Shown: positions 46,079-56,647 of the stretch, one piece after another
Layout of the letters: every line of letters begins with the position of its first letter
How positions within the stretch are numbered: the stretch's first letter is position 1
Assembly: GCF_003334815.1 (NCBI RefSeq)
Contig: NZ_QOWO01000005.1
DNA: 64,000 bases
Reading direction: 5' to 3' (one strand)
From: Escherichia coli
Lineage (GTDB): Bacteria > Pseudomonadota > Gammaproteobacteria > Enterobacterales > Enterobacteriaceae
Program-made: the position numbers and the translations under genes
Notes under the pieces: generated by a model
The model's input: only the letters and a program-made list of their open reading frames with translations
Told to the model about the DNA's origin: nothing
The model's database searches: none

Positions 46079-46576
46079 ATGAACGGACTCACGGCAACGG
46101 GTGTCACCGTCGGTATTTGTGCAGGGCTTTGGCAGTTAGTGTCTTCACATGTCGGGCTCTCTCAAGGATGGGAATTATTAGGAACCATTGGCTTCGTCGC
46201 CTTTTGCAGTTTTTATGCCGCAGGCGGCGGTAAATCGGGGTTTATCAGAAGTCTGGCGGTTAATTATTCCGGGATGGTGTGGGCGTTTTTCGCCGCGCTG
46301 ACTGCTGGTTGGCTGGCCTCTGTAAGTGGACTGTCCGCGTTCTGGGCGAGCGTAATTACTACCGTACCCTTCTCGGCGGTAGTGGTCTGGCAAGGGCGTT
46401 TCTGGTTACTGTCCTTTATTCCCGGTGGCTTTCTCGGCATGACGCTGTTTTTTGCCAGCGGGATGAACTGGACGGTGACGTTACTGGGTTTTCTGGCGGG
46501 TAACTGCGTGGGGGTAATTTCAGAATATGGTGGACAAAAATTAAGCGAAGCGACGACTAAACGCGACGGGTATTAA
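46079..46576 (+). CDS. yahC: Inner-membrane protein (DUF1097)
   Basis: 165 aa with 4-5 predicted TM helices and GAGGGGAACAAG ribosome-binding region upstream. Confidence 0.88.
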   Translation: MNGLTATGVTVGICAGLWQLVSSHVGLSQGWELLGTIGFVAFCSFYAAGGGKSGFIRSLAVNYSGMVWAFFAALTAGWLASVSGLSAFWASVITTVPFSAVVVWQGRFWLLSFIPGGFLGMTLFFASGMNWTVTLLGFLAGNCVGVISEYGGQKLSEATTKRDGY

Positions 46577-46667
46577 AAGTTATTCAAAAATGATTATCTA
46601 TCTTTAACCGATACCTCTACAGTCATAGCTGGAGAAATTCATAGTAGATAATGGCGAGAATGGTTTA

Positions 46668-47600
46668 ATGAACTCAATTTTTACCGAAGAGAATCTGTTG
46701 GCATTTACTACCGCTGCGCGTTTTGGCAGCTTCAGTAAAGCCGCAGAAGAGTTGGGTTTAACCACTTCCGCCATTAGCTACACCATTAAGCGTATGGAGA
46801 CGGGGCTGGATGTGGTGCTGTTCACTCGCAGTACCCGCAGCATTGAGTTAACGGAGTCCGGGCGTTATTTTTTCCGCAAAGCTACCGACCTGCTGAATGA
46901 TTTTTATGCCATCAAACGCAGTATCGATACTATTTCGCAGGGCATAGAAGCGCGTGTGCGCATTTGTATTAATCAGCTGCTTTATACGCCCAAACACACC
47001 GCACGCTTGTTACAGGTGCTGAAAAAGCAGTTTCCTACCTGCCAGATTACCGTCACCACCGAAGTGTATAACGGCGTCTGGGATGCGATTATTAATAATC
47101 AGGCCAATATCGCCATCGGCGCACCCGATACACTACTGGACGGCGGCGGTATTGATTACACTGAAATTGGCGCGATTCGCTGGGCTTTTGCTATCGCCCC
47201 GGATCACCCGTTAGCCTTTGTGCCGGAACCCATCGCCGAAAGCCAACTGCGTCTCTACCCTAATATTATGGTGGAGGACACCGCGCATACGATTAATAAA
47301 AAAGTGGGCTGGTTGCTGCACGGGCAGGAGTCAATTCTGGTGCCAGATTTCAACACCAAATGTCAGTGCCAGATTTTAGGTGAAGGAATTGGTTTTTTGC
47401 CGGATTACATGGTCCGTGAGGCGATGACGCAATCCCTGCTGGTTACCCGACAAATCCATAATCCGCGCCAGGATTCGCGCATGTTACTGGCGACTCAGCA
47501 TTCTGCTACGGGTCAGGTGACGCAGTGGATTAAAAAACAATTTGCGCCAAATGGCATATTAACGGGGATCTATCAGGATTTACTGCATCGGGAGAATTAA
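46668..47600 (+). CDS. yahB: LysR-family transcriptional regulator
   Basis: 310 aa with N-terminal LTTR HTH (FTTAARFGSFSKAAEELGLTTSAISYTIKRME). Confidence 0.92.
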   Translation: MNSIFTEENLLAFTTAARFGSFSKAAEELGLTTSAISYTIKRMETGLDVVLFTRSTRSIELTESGRYFFRKATDLLNDFYAIKRSIDTISQGIEARVRICINQLLYTPKHTARLLQVLKKQFPTCQITVTTEVYNGVWDAIINNQANIAIGAPDTLLDGGGIDYTEIGAIRWAFAIAPDHPLAFVPEPIAESQLRLYPNIMVEDTAHTINKKVGWLLHGQESILVPDFNTKCQCQILGEGIGFLPDYMVREAMTQSLLVTRQIHNPRQDSRMLLATQHSATGQVTQWIKKQFAPNGILTGIYQDLLHREN

Positions 47601-47641
47601 TCGCTGCCAACCTCCCGATGCGCTGTGAATAGCGGTTTACA

Positions 47642-48730
47642 TCAACCACCTGCTTTCATTACCCATTCAGAGATAAATTTATTACCCGGTACTGGCGGAG
47701 AGTACAAATAGCCCTGCAAAAAGTGAACGCCTTTACCGATCATTAAATCCGCCTGCTCCTGGGTTTCTACCCCTTCCGCCACGATACTCAGACCAGGCTT
47801 ACGCGCTAGTTCGACAATATTGTCCACAATATGACCGGAGATTTCGTCGACACTCGCCATTTGCACAAATGACTTATCGATCTTAATAAAATCGACCGGG
47901 AACGCCTGCAAGTAACGATAGGTCGCATAACCCGTACCAAAGTCATCCAGCGCAAAGGTAATGTTGTGCTGATGAAGGCTGTCAAATATCGCTCTGGCTT
48001 CTGGCGTTACCGGAATAGGGTTACGTTCCGTTAGCTCGAGAACCAGCTTGATTTTATCGTTACCTAATTTATTAACCAGGTTCAGACACTCTTTTTCAAA
48101 TCCCGCTGCCAAAAAACAACCCGCCGAGACGTTGATGCCAATATGGAAATTGTCCGGCAGCAAATGTTTTACCGGCATCAGAATATCCGCAGTCTGTTTC
48201 ATCAGTTGGCGGGTCATTATGACAATAAGACCGGATGACTCCGCCAGAGGAATAAACTGATCCGGTGGGATAATTCCCGTTTGTGGATGTTCCCAGCGGA
48301 CAAGCACCTCACAGCCCGTCAGTACCCCAGTCTGCGCGCAGAAAACCGGTTGGATCCACGGTTTGAATTCGTGGTTTTCCAACGCCAGACTGATGGCTTC
48401 AGGCGTGACGATATGGTGATAGTGATTATCATTAATATATCTGTGACTATTACTCCCCGTGGCGGATATGATCTCCGGATTGTACTGAAAGAAAATATCG
48501 CGCCAGAAAGTAATATCGCTCTGAATCCCCAGTTTCTCAAAGAGCTGTTTCTTTTGATGTGAAATTGTCTTTGCACTGCGATTTCTGTACTGTGATATTT
48601 CTGTTACAGACATTCCCTGCATCAGCAGCTTGAGTAGCAGTCGTTCTTTCTCGGATACGCTACCAGGCAATGACAAATGAACCGTTGTACCGAACTCTTG
48701 CAGAAAAACACGAAAATCACATGAATTCAT
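47642..48730 (-). CDS. pdeL: c-di-GMP phosphodiesterase with LuxR-type HTH and EAL domain
   Basis: 362 aa from MNSCDFRVFLQEF...; LuxR HTH (LLMQGMSVTEISQYRNRSAKTISHQKK) plus EAL-domain motifs (LELTE, DDFGTGYA). Confidence 0.95.
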   Translation of the reverse strand: MNSCDFRVFLQEFGTTVHLSLPGSVSEKERLLLKLLMQGMSVTEISQYRNRSAKTISHQKKQLFEKLGIQSDITFWRDIFFQYNPEIISATGSNSHRYINDNHYHHIVTPEAISLALENHEFKPWIQPVFCAQTGVLTGCEVLVRWEHPQTGIIPPDQFIPLAESSGLIVIMTRQLMKQTADILMPVKHLLPDNFHIGINVSAGCFLAAGFEKECLNLVNKLGNDKIKLVLELTERNPIPVTPEARAIFDSLHQHNITFALDDFGTGYATYRYLQAFPVDFIKIDKSFVQMASVDEISGHIVDNIVELARKPGLSIVAEGVETQEQADLMIGKGVHFLQGYLYSPPVPGNKFISEWVMKAGG

Positions 48731-49564
48731 GAACACACCTTTATCTTTTATCGCTGTTCAGTATGAGTGATTACCTGTCGATTCCTGAGCACACATAAGG
48801 GGTAACCATAAACATCAGCGATGCCATACGTATAACATCCCACATCACTATCAAGAAGATTATCTTTACCTCTGATGCTCGCTCAAAAACAGTTACGCTA
48901 AATACCTTAAAAAGGTAATCACAAGTCAAACTCAGGAGATAATCACGCAAGAATGCAATATTAAAATTCAGATACTCATTTTTGGTAATAAAGAAGTAGT
49001 TGGACTATTTCAATATTTATAATTTCCCACTACATACTGGCATCCATTCATGAGCAAAGGCGCATTATATGAATTTAACAATCCAGATCAACTGAAAATA
49101 CCTCTCCCTCATAAACACATAGCGTCAACATTCAATGACATAATGAGTAAAGATGTTGGTTATGCATACGTATCATTACTCTATGCCTGTCCCTTAAAAA
49201 CCCACTCATTAAGACTGAATCCATTCAGCAAATGATAACCAATATTATAGCAATGCCAATAAAAACAATATTTAAAACATTCAATAAAATATCACACACA
49301 GATAATTAAACCTTAAATAACAAATGGTTGCGTTAATTTCAGTTGATTTACGATACACATTTCTCATGAATAATGCGTCATTTCAAATGATCAGCAATAT
49401 TTACATTAAATAAGACTAAACTTATTGAACATTCGCAACAGCCCAAATGTAGGTTTTGGGCTGCAATAGTTCTTTTCTTTTTTATTATCTGTTGTCTGGT
49501 AATCATCAATAGATACTAAGGGCTTAACCGTATAGATATAACGTATCAAGAGGTAGGAGAAACA

Positions 49565-49586
49565 GCGCCATATGCAGACATGGCGC
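49565..49586 (-). terminator. Putative betT terminator
   Basis: GCGCCAT (49565-49571) pairs with ATGGCGC (49580-49586), 19 nt after the betT stop. On the minus strand TGTTTCTCC follows. Confidence 0.5.
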
Positions 49587-49604
49587 GGTTTTATGCAATA
49601 ACAA

Positions 49605-51638
49605 TCACGCGTCCGGGAACATCACGCTATGGCCCGGCGCTTCACGATGGAGATGAATAAAGTTAAGGTGCCGCTCGTACTGGTCAAGAATATCGGTGAT
49701 CACCTGCTCTTTGCTGTAGTCCATCAGGTCGTTGCCCTGGCTGCCTTCTAACAGGAAGGTTTCCAGCCGGTAGTAGGTCGATTTACCGCTGCGTGCGCGG
49801 TAGGTAAAGCCCGGCACCGAATATTGCTGCGGCCAAATCTGATAGACAAAGTTTTGCTCTTCGCCCATATGCACCAACAAATCCAGATGACCCAACTGCT
49901 GTCCCTCTTCCGGTGGCAGGCTTTTTAGCTCCACGTACGCGCCGCGCAACCGCAACTCCTGCGCCACTTCTTCCATTGCCGGGTAACAGACCGTCTCCAT
50001 CATCTGTTTAGTGTAACGCGTGCCCGGATAATTCATCAGGCGCGAGAGACGTTTTTTCCAGCTCAGGCGATCCTGAAGCCCCAGCGGTCGCGGTGCGGTA
50101 TCGCGGTTGGCACTTTCACGGCGGTAATCTTCTACCTTCAGAGATTTATACAACCCCGCCATCACGAAGAAGATCACAAAGCTGAACGGCAGCCCCATAA
50201 TCACCGTGGTGTTTTGCAGCGCGGATATCCCGTTAGTCATCAGCATGCCGAGCGTCAGCAGGCCAATCGCCACCGACCAGAAGACGCGCAGCCAGCCGGG
50301 GGCGTCGCTGTTGATATCTTTAAGCTGCGAGGTGAAATTCCCCAGCACCAGCGCCCCGGAGTCCGCCGAGGTCACATAAAACAGCAGGCCAGTAATGGTG
50401 GCGACGGAGGCGCTAAAGGTAAACGCCGGATACTGCGCCAGCAGGCTGTAGAAGCCGCGCTCCGGATGGACCATCGCTTCCTCGGCAAATGCCGCGCCGC
50501 CGTGGATGATTTCATACAGCGCGCTATTGCCGAACACCGAGAGCCATAACAGCGTGAAGGTAAACGGAATAATCAACGTGCCCAGCACGAACTGGCGAAT
50601 GGTACGCCCACGCGAGATACGCGCCAGGAACAAGCCGACAAACGGCGACCATGCCACCCACCATGCCCAGAAGAAGAGCGTCCAGTTATTCATCCACTCA
50701 ACCGGACGGTCGAAGGCAAAACTGTTGAGCGTCATGCCCATAAAGCGATTCACATAGTCGCCAACATTCAGCACCAGTGCATTAAGCAGGAACGAAGTGT
50801 CGCCCATAAACAATACGAACAGGATCAATCCCAGCGCCAGCGCGACATTAAGCTCCGATAACACGCGAATGCCCTTATCGACACCGGAGGTGACAGAGAT
50901 CGTGGCGATTATCACCGACAAGGCGATCAGTGCCGCTTTCGCCGCCATCGAATCGGGAATATCAAACAGTACGCTCAAGCCATAGTTAAGCTGCACCACA
51001 CCGATACCGAGCGTAGTGGCAATACCGAAGATAGTGCCGATCACCGCTGCAATATCCACTGAGTGACCTATCGGCCCGTTAATCCGTTTACCGAAGATCG
51101 GGTACAGCGCCGAGCGGATGGTGAGCGGCAAATTATAACGATAGCTAAAGTATCCGAGCGCCATGCCCATCAGCGCATACATCGACCAGCCGGTTAAGCC
51201 GTAGTGAAACAGCGTCCAGACCATCGCCTGACGCGCGGCCTCAATCGTCTGTCCCGCGCCTTCCGGCGGCTGCATATACTGCGTTACCGGTTCGGCTACG
51301 GAGAAGAACATCAGGTCGATACCGATCCCGGCAGCAAACAGCATCGCCGCCCAACTCAGCAGGCTGAATTCCGGTTTGGATTGTTCTGGCCCGAGCTTCA
51401 CCGAACCAAAACGCGAACAAGCGATACAGACCACAAAGACAATATAGAGCGTTGCCGCCAGCAGATAGTACCAACCGAAGGTTTTAGAAACCCAGTCCAG
51501 CGTGCGGCCAATCCACAGGGCCGAGAAGTCGCGAAACAGGATCGTTGTCAGGGAAAACAACAAAATCAGTCCGGCGGAGGTGTAAAACACCACCGGATTG
51601 ATTTTGTCCTTTTCCCTGCTGTGTGAAAGGTCTGTCAT
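49605..51638 (-). CDS. betT: Choline transporter (BCCT family)
   Basis: 677 aa; 12-TM BCCT core with the tryptophan-rich segment (WTLFFWAWWVAWSPFVG) and a long cytoplasmic C-tail. Confidence 0.96.
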   Translation of the reverse strand: MTDLSHSREKDKINPVVFYTSAGLILLFSLTTILFRDFSALWIGRTLDWVSKTFGWYYLLAATLYIVFVVCIACSRFGSVKLGPEQSKPEFSLLSWAAMLFAAGIGIDLMFFSVAEPVTQYMQPPEGAGQTIEAARQAMVWTLFHYGLTGWSMYALMGMALGYFSYRYNLPLTIRSALYPIFGKRINGPIGHSVDIAAVIGTIFGIATTLGIGVVQLNYGLSVLFDIPDSMAAKAALIALSVIIATISVTSGVDKGIRVLSELNVALALGLILFVLFMGDTSFLLNALVLNVGDYVNRFMGMTLNSFAFDRPVEWMNNWTLFFWAWWVAWSPFVGLFLARISRGRTIRQFVLGTLIIPFTFTLLWLSVFGNSALYEIIHGGAAFAEEAMVHPERGFYSLLAQYPAFTFSASVATITGLLFYVTSADSGALVLGNFTSQLKDINSDAPGWLRVFWSVAIGLLTLGMLMTNGISALQNTTVIMGLPFSFVIFFVMAGLYKSLKVEDYRRESANRDTAPRPLGLQDRLSWKKRLSRLMNYPGTRYTKQMMETVCYPAMEEVAQELRLRGAYVELKSLPPEEGQQLGHLDLLVHMGEEQNFVYQIWPQQYSVPGFTYRARSGKSTYYRLETFLLEGSQGNDLMDYSKEQVITDILDQYERHLNFIHLHREAPGHSVMFPDA

Positions 51639-51703
51639 CCAGTATCCCCACTGTTATTGTTACTATTTAAAATCAAATTCGTAACAATTAAGACACATTT
51701 TAT

Positions 51704-51721
51704 ATTGAACGTCCAATCAAT
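51704..51721. promoter_or_regulatory. Candidate BetI operator in the betT-betI divergent promoter region
   Basis: ATTGAACGTCCAATCAAT is an imperfect dyad (TTGAACGTCCAA centred on ACGT; outer ATTGA/TCAAT arms) in the 128-bp gap between betT and betI. Confidence 0.5.
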
Positions 51722-51766
51722 AACCGCTTTAATAGATAAACACCGCTGATGAATGGAGTGGCGAAA

Positions 51767-52354
51767 ATGCCCAAATTGGGGATGCAGTCGATCCGGCGCA
51801 GACAACTGATCGACGCCACACTGGAAGCAATAAATGAAGTGGGCATGCACGATGCAACGATCGCGCAGATCGCCCGCCGTGCAGGCGTTTCTACGGGGAT
51901 CATCAGCCACTATTTCAGGGACAAAAATGGTCTGCTGGAAGCAACCATGCGCGATATCACCAGTCAGCTGCGTGACGCGGTTTTGAATCGATTACATGCA
52001 CTTCCGCAGGGCAGTGCAGAGCAGCGATTACAGGCGATTGTTGGCGGAAACTTCGATGAAACGCAGGTGAGCAGTGCGGCGATGAAAGCCTGGCTGGCGT
52101 TCTGGGCCAGCAGTATGCATCAGCCGATGCTCTATCGTTTACAGCAGGTCAGCAGCCGCCGCTTGCTGTCGAATCTGGTGAGCGAGTTTCGTCGCGAATT
52201 GCCGCGCGAACAGGCACAGGAAGCGGGCTACGGCCTGGCCGCGCTGATTGATGGATTATGGCTGCGCGCGGCTCTGAGCGGCAAACCGCTGGATAAAACC
52301 CGCGCTAATTCCCTGACCCGCCACTTTATCACTCAGCATCTACCCACCGATTAA
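51767..52354 (+). CDS. betI: TetR-family choline-responsive repressor
   Basis: 195 aa from [50 protein letters not shown] (TetR HTH). Confidence 0.95.
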
Positions 52355-52367
52355 CCGAGGAGACGTG

Positions 52368-53840
52368 ATGTCCCGAATGGCAGAACAGCAGCTTTATATA
52401 CATGGTGGTTATACCTCCGCCACCAGCGGTCGCACCTTCGAGACCATTAACCCGGCCAACGGTAACGTGCTGGCGACCGTGCAGGCCGCCGGGCGCGAGG
52501 ATGTCGATCGCGCCGTGAAAAGCGCCCAGCAGGGGCAAAAAATCTGGGCGTCGATGACCGCCATGGAGCGCTCGCGTATTCTGCGTCGGGCCGTTGATAT
52601 TCTGCGTGAACGCAATGACGAACTCGCAAAACTGGAAACCCTCGACACCGGAAAAGCATATTCGGAAACCTCAACCGTCGATATCGTTACCGGTGCGGAC
52701 GTGCTGGAGTACTACGCCGGGCTGATCCCGGCGCTGGAAGGCAGCCAGATCCCGTTGCGTGAAACGTCCTTTGTGTATACCCGCCGCGAACCGCTGGGCG
52801 TAGTGGCAGGGATTGGCGCATGGAACTACCCGATCCAGATTGCCCTGTGGAAATCCGCCCCGGCGCTGGCGGCAGGCAACGCAATGATTTTCAAACCGAG
52901 CGAAGTTACCCCGCTTACCGCGTTAAAGCTGGCTGAAATTTACAGCGAAGCGGGCCTGCCGGACGGCGTATTTAACGTGTTGCCGGGCGTGGGCGCGGAG
53001 ACCGGGCAATATCTGACCGAGCATCCGGGCATTGCCAAAGTGTCATTTACCGGCGGTGTCGCCAGCGGCAAAAAAGTGATGGCTAACTCGGCGGCCTCTT
53101 CCCTGAAAGAAGTGACCATGGAACTGGGCGGTAAATCACCGCTGATCGTTTTCGATGATGCGGATCTCGATCTCGCCGCCGATATCGCCATGATGGCAAA
53201 CTTCTTCAGCTCCGGTCAGGTGTGTACCAATGGCACCCGCGTCTTCGTTCCGGCGAAATGCAAAGCCGCATTTGAGCAGAAAATTCTGGCGCGCGTTGAG
53301 CGCATTCGCGCGGGCGACGTTTTCGATCCGCAAACTAACTTCGGCCCGCTGGTCAGCTTCCCGCATCGCGATAACGTGCTGCGCTATATCGCCAAAGGCA
53401 AAGAGGAAGGCGCGCGCGTACTGTGCGGCGGCGATGTACTGAAAGGCGATGGCTTCGATAACGGCGCATGGGTTGCACCGACAGTGTTCACCGATTGCAG
53501 CGACGATATGACCATCGTGCGTGAAGAGATCTTCGGGCCAGTGATGTCCATTCTGACCTACGAGTCGGAAGACGAAGTCATTCGCCGCGCTAACGATACC
53601 GACTACGGCCTGGCGGCGGGCATCGTGACAGCGGACCTGAACCGCGCGCATCGCGTCATTCATCAGCTGGAAGCGGGTATTTGCTGGATCAACACCTGGG
53701 GCGAATCCCCGGCAGAGATGCCCGTTGGCGGCTACAAACACTCCGGCATTGGTCGCGAGAACGGCGTGATGACGCTCCAGAGTTACACCCAGGTGAAGTC
53801 CATCCAGGTTGAGATGGCTAAATTCCAGTCCATATTCTAA
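52368..53840 (+). CDS. betB: Betaine aldehyde dehydrogenase
   Basis: 490 aa with ALDH motifs ELGGKSP and catalytic Cys in [13 protein letters not shown]. Confidence 0.96.
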   Translation: MSRMAEQQLYIHGGYTSATSGRTFETINPANGNVLATVQAAGREDVDRAVKSAQQGQKIWASMTAMERSRILRRAVDILRERNDELAKLETLDTGKAYSETSTVDIVTGADVLEYYAGLIPALEGSQIPLRETSFVYTRREPLGVVAGIGAWNYPIQIALWKSAPALAAGNAMIFKPSEVTPLTALKLAEIYSEAGLPDGVFNVLPGVGAETGQYLTEHPGIAKVSFTGGVASGKKVMANSAASSLKEVTMELGGKSPLIVFDDADLDLAADIAMMANFFSSGQVCTNGTRVFVPAKCKAAFEQKILARVERIRAGDVFDPQTNFGPLVSFPHRDNVLRYIAKGKEEGARVLCGGDVLKGDGFDNGAWVAPTVFTDCSDDMTIVREEIFGPVMSILTYESEDEVIRRANDTDYGLAAGIVTADLNRAHRVIHQLEAGICWINTWGESPAEMPVGGYKHSGIGRENGVMTLQSYTQVKSIQVEMAKFQSIF

Positions 53841-53853
53841 CCAGGAGGTTTAT

Positions 53854-55524
53854 TTGCAATTTGACTACATCATTATTGGTGCCGGCTCAGCCGGCAACGT
53901 TCTCGCTACCCGTCTGACTGAAGATCCGAATACCTCCGTGCTGCTGCTTGAAGCGGGCGGCCCGGACTATCGCTTTGACTTCCGCACCCAGATGCCCGCT
54001 GCCCTGGCATTCCCGCTACAGGGTAAACGCTACAACTGGGCCTATGAAACGGAACCTGAACCGTTTATGAATAACCGCCGCATGGAGTGCGGACGCGGTA
54101 AAGGTCTGGGTGGATCGTCGCTGATCAACGGCATGTGCTACATCCGTGGCAATGCGCTGGATCTCGATAACTGGGCGCAAGAACCCGGTCTGGAGAACTG
54201 GAGCTACCTCGACTGCCTGCCCTACTACCGCAAGGCCGAGACTCGCGATATGGGTGAAAACGACTATCACGGCGGTGATGGCCCGGTGAGCGTCACTACC
54301 TCCAAACCCGGCGTCAATCCGCTGTTTGAAGCGATGATTGAAGCGGGCGTGCAGGCGGGCTACCCGCGCACGGACGATCTCAACGGTTATCAGCAGGAAG
54401 GTTTTGGTCCGATGGATCGCACCGTCACGCCGCAGGGCCGTCGCGCCAGCACCGCGCGTGGCTATCTCGATCAGGCCAAATCGCGTCCTAACCTGACCAT
54501 TCGTACTCACGCTATGACCGATCACATCATTTTTGACGGCAAACGCGCGGTGGGCGTCGAATGGCTGGAAGGCGACAGCACCATCCCAACCCGCGCAACG
54601 GCCAACAAAGAAGTGCTGTTATGTGCAGGCGCGATTGCCTCACCGCAGATCCTGCAACGCTCCGGCGTCGGCAACGCTGAACTGCTGGCGGAGTTTGATA
54701 TTCCGCTGGTGCATGAATTACCCGGCGTCGGCGAAAATCTTCAGGATCATCTGGAGATGTATCTGCAATATGAGTGCAAAGAACCGGTTTCCCTCTACCC
54801 TGCCCTGCAGTGGTGGAACCAGCCGAAAATCGGTGCGGAGTGGCTGTTTGGCGGCACTGGCGTTGGTGCCAGCAACCACTTTGAAGCAGGTGGATTTATT
54901 CGCAGCCGTGAGGAATTTGCGTGGCCGAATATTCAGTACCATTTCCTGCCAGTAGCGATTAACTATAACGGCTCGAATGCAGTGAAAGAGCACGGTTTCC
55001 AGTGCCACGTCGGCTCAATGCGCTCGCCAAGCCGTGGGCATGTGCGGATTAAATCCCGCGACCCGCACCAGCATCCGGCGATTCTGTTTAACTACATGTC
55101 GCACGAGCAGGACTGGCAGGAGTTCCGCGACGCAATTCGCATCACCCGCGAGATCATGCATCAACCCGCGCTGGATCAGTATCGTGGCCGCGAAATCAGC
55201 CCCGGTGTCGAATGCCAGACGGATGAACAGCTCGATGAGTTCGTGCGTAACCACGCCGAAACCGCCTTCCATCCGTGCGGTACCTGCAAAATGGGTTACG
55301 ACGAGATGTCCGTGGTTGACGGCGAAGGCCGCGTACACGGGTTAGAAGGCCTGCGTGTGGTGGATGCGTCGATTATGCCGCAGATTATCACCGGGAATTT
55401 GAACGCCACGACAATTATGATTGGCGAGAAAATAGCGGATATGATTCGTGGACAGGAAGCGCTGCCGAGGAGCACGGCGGGATATTTTGTGGCAAATGGG
55501 ATGCCGGTGAGAGCGAAAAAATGA
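53854..55524 (+). CDS. betA: Choline dehydrogenase (GMC oxidoreductase)
   Basis: TTG start after AGGAGG; 556 aa (M)[23 protein letters not shown]..., with the GMC signature. Confidence 0.95.
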   Translation: MQFDYIIIGAGSAGNVLATRLTEDPNTSVLLLEAGGPDYRFDFRTQMPAALAFPLQGKRYNWAYETEPEPFMNNRRMECGRGKGLGGSSLINGMCYIRGNALDLDNWAQEPGLENWSYLDCLPYYRKAETRDMGENDYHGGDGPVSVTTSKPGVNPLFEAMIEAGVQAGYPRTDDLNGYQQEGFGPMDRTVTPQGRRASTARGYLDQAKSRPNLTIRTHAMTDHIIFDGKRAVGVEWLEGDSTIPTRATANKEVLLCAGAIASPQILQRSGVGNAELLAEFDIPLVHELPGVGENLQDHLEMYLQYECKEPVSLYPALQWWNQPKIGAEWLFGGTGVGASNHFEAGGFIRSREEFAWPNIQYHFLPVAINYNGSNAVKEHGFQCHVGSMRSPSRGHVRIKSRDPHQHPAILFNYMSHEQDWQEFRDAIRITREIMHQPALDQYRGREISPGVECQTDEQLDEFVRNHAETAFHPCGTCKMGYDEMSVVDGEGRVHGLEGLRVVDASIMPQIITGNLNATTIMIGEKIADMIRGQEALPRSTAGYFVANGMPVRAKK

Positions 55525-55736
55525 GTCGTGATGTGAACTAACGCAGGAACCGATCAGATTGAGAGTTACCGTTCCAGAGAGGGGGACCGAATCCTTATAT
55601 AAACACTGAGGTAACTCTCATGCTTCATATCCAGTATTCATGATGCGGGCTTTTTGCTGATATTTAACCCGAACATTCCTGATACAGACTATTAATACAA
55701 CCTTATCTGCGACAGATTTTATTCTCTGGATATATT

Positions 55737-56405
55737 ATGCGTGAACAAATCAAACAGGATATCGATCTGATTGAGATTTTATTTTATCTGAAGAAAAAGA
55801 TTCGTGTTATCCTTTTTATTATGGCTATATGTATGGCTATGGTGCTGTTGTTTCTGTATATCAATAAAGACAATATAAAAGTGATTTACAGCCTAAAAAT
55901 AAACCAGACAACGCCAGGTATACTTGTTAGCTGTGATAGCAATAATAATTTTGCCTGTCAGACTACAATGACTGAAGATGTTATTCAGCGAATTACTACA
56001 TTTTTTCACACCAGCCCAGATGTCAAGAACAGAGAAATAAGGCTGGAATGGTCAGGAGATAAGAGAGCTTTACCAACTGCTGAAGAGGAAATATCTCGCG
56101 TGCAGGCCTCTATTATCAAATGGTATGCGTCAGAATATCATAATGGCAGGCAAGTTCTCGATGAGATACAAACGCCTTCAGCAATTAACAGTGAGCTTTA
56201 TACAAAAATGATATACCTGACCAGGAACTGGTCATTGTATCCGAACGGTGATGGCTGTGTAACTATAAGCTCACCAGAAATAAAAAATAAATACCCTGCT
56301 GCCATTTGCCTGGCTCTGGGATTTTTTCTAAGCATTGTAATTTCTGTAATGTTTTGCCTTGTCAAAAAAATGGTAGATGAATACCAACAAAACTCTGGGC
56401 AGTAA
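55737..56405 (+). CDS. ykgH: Bitopic inner-membrane protein, Wzz/polysaccharide-copolymerase-like topology
   Basis: 222 aa with TM helices near both termini around a soluble middle. The N-terminus DIDLIEILFYLKKKIRVILFI resembles the Wzz N-terminal motif by eye. The gene is AT-rich. Confidence 0.8.
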   Translation: MREQIKQDIDLIEILFYLKKKIRVILFIMAICMAMVLLFLYINKDNIKVIYSLKINQTTPGILVSCDSNNNFACQTTMTEDVIQRITTFFHTSPDVKNREIRLEWSGDKRALPTAEEEISRVQASIIKWYASEYHNGRQVLDEIQTPSAINSELYTKMIYLTRNWSLYPNGDGCVTISSPEIKNKYPAAICLALGFFLSIVISVMFCLVKKMVDEYQQNSGQ

Positions 56406-56500
56406 TAAACAACATTCTGATAGAGAGTGCCTGTATAAAGCTGAAGTGACAATGACCGGGAAGGGAACCCGTTTTCAGGAATGGATGCCTGTCTTTTTCA

Positions 56501-56541
56501 CTGTAAATATCCTGGCATTGGTAATACCAGGATATTTACAG
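56501..56541. other. 15-bp perfect hairpin between convergent ykgH and ykgG
   Basis: CTGTAAATATCCTGG (56501-56515), 11-nt loop, CCAGGATATTTACAG (56527-56541). T5 lies 5' and purines 3' on the plus strand, so it is not a canonical terminator on either strand. Confidence 0.6.
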
Positions 56542-56647
56542 AAGAGCAGCATAACCATGACGGAACGGGGTTAAGTCAGGTTGTCCTAAACGCTATTTTC
56601 AACCTCGTATGCCTTCTTCAGGTTTATGTCCAGACTTCATATCTCTC

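Noticed and set aside
49050-49235. 61-aa ORF (MSKGALYEFNNPDQLKIPLPHKH...) in the pdeL-betT gap.
   Set aside because: It has no RBS and no motif, and it lies in an AT-rich region where random ORFs of this size are plausible. It is kept only as context for the intergenic finding.
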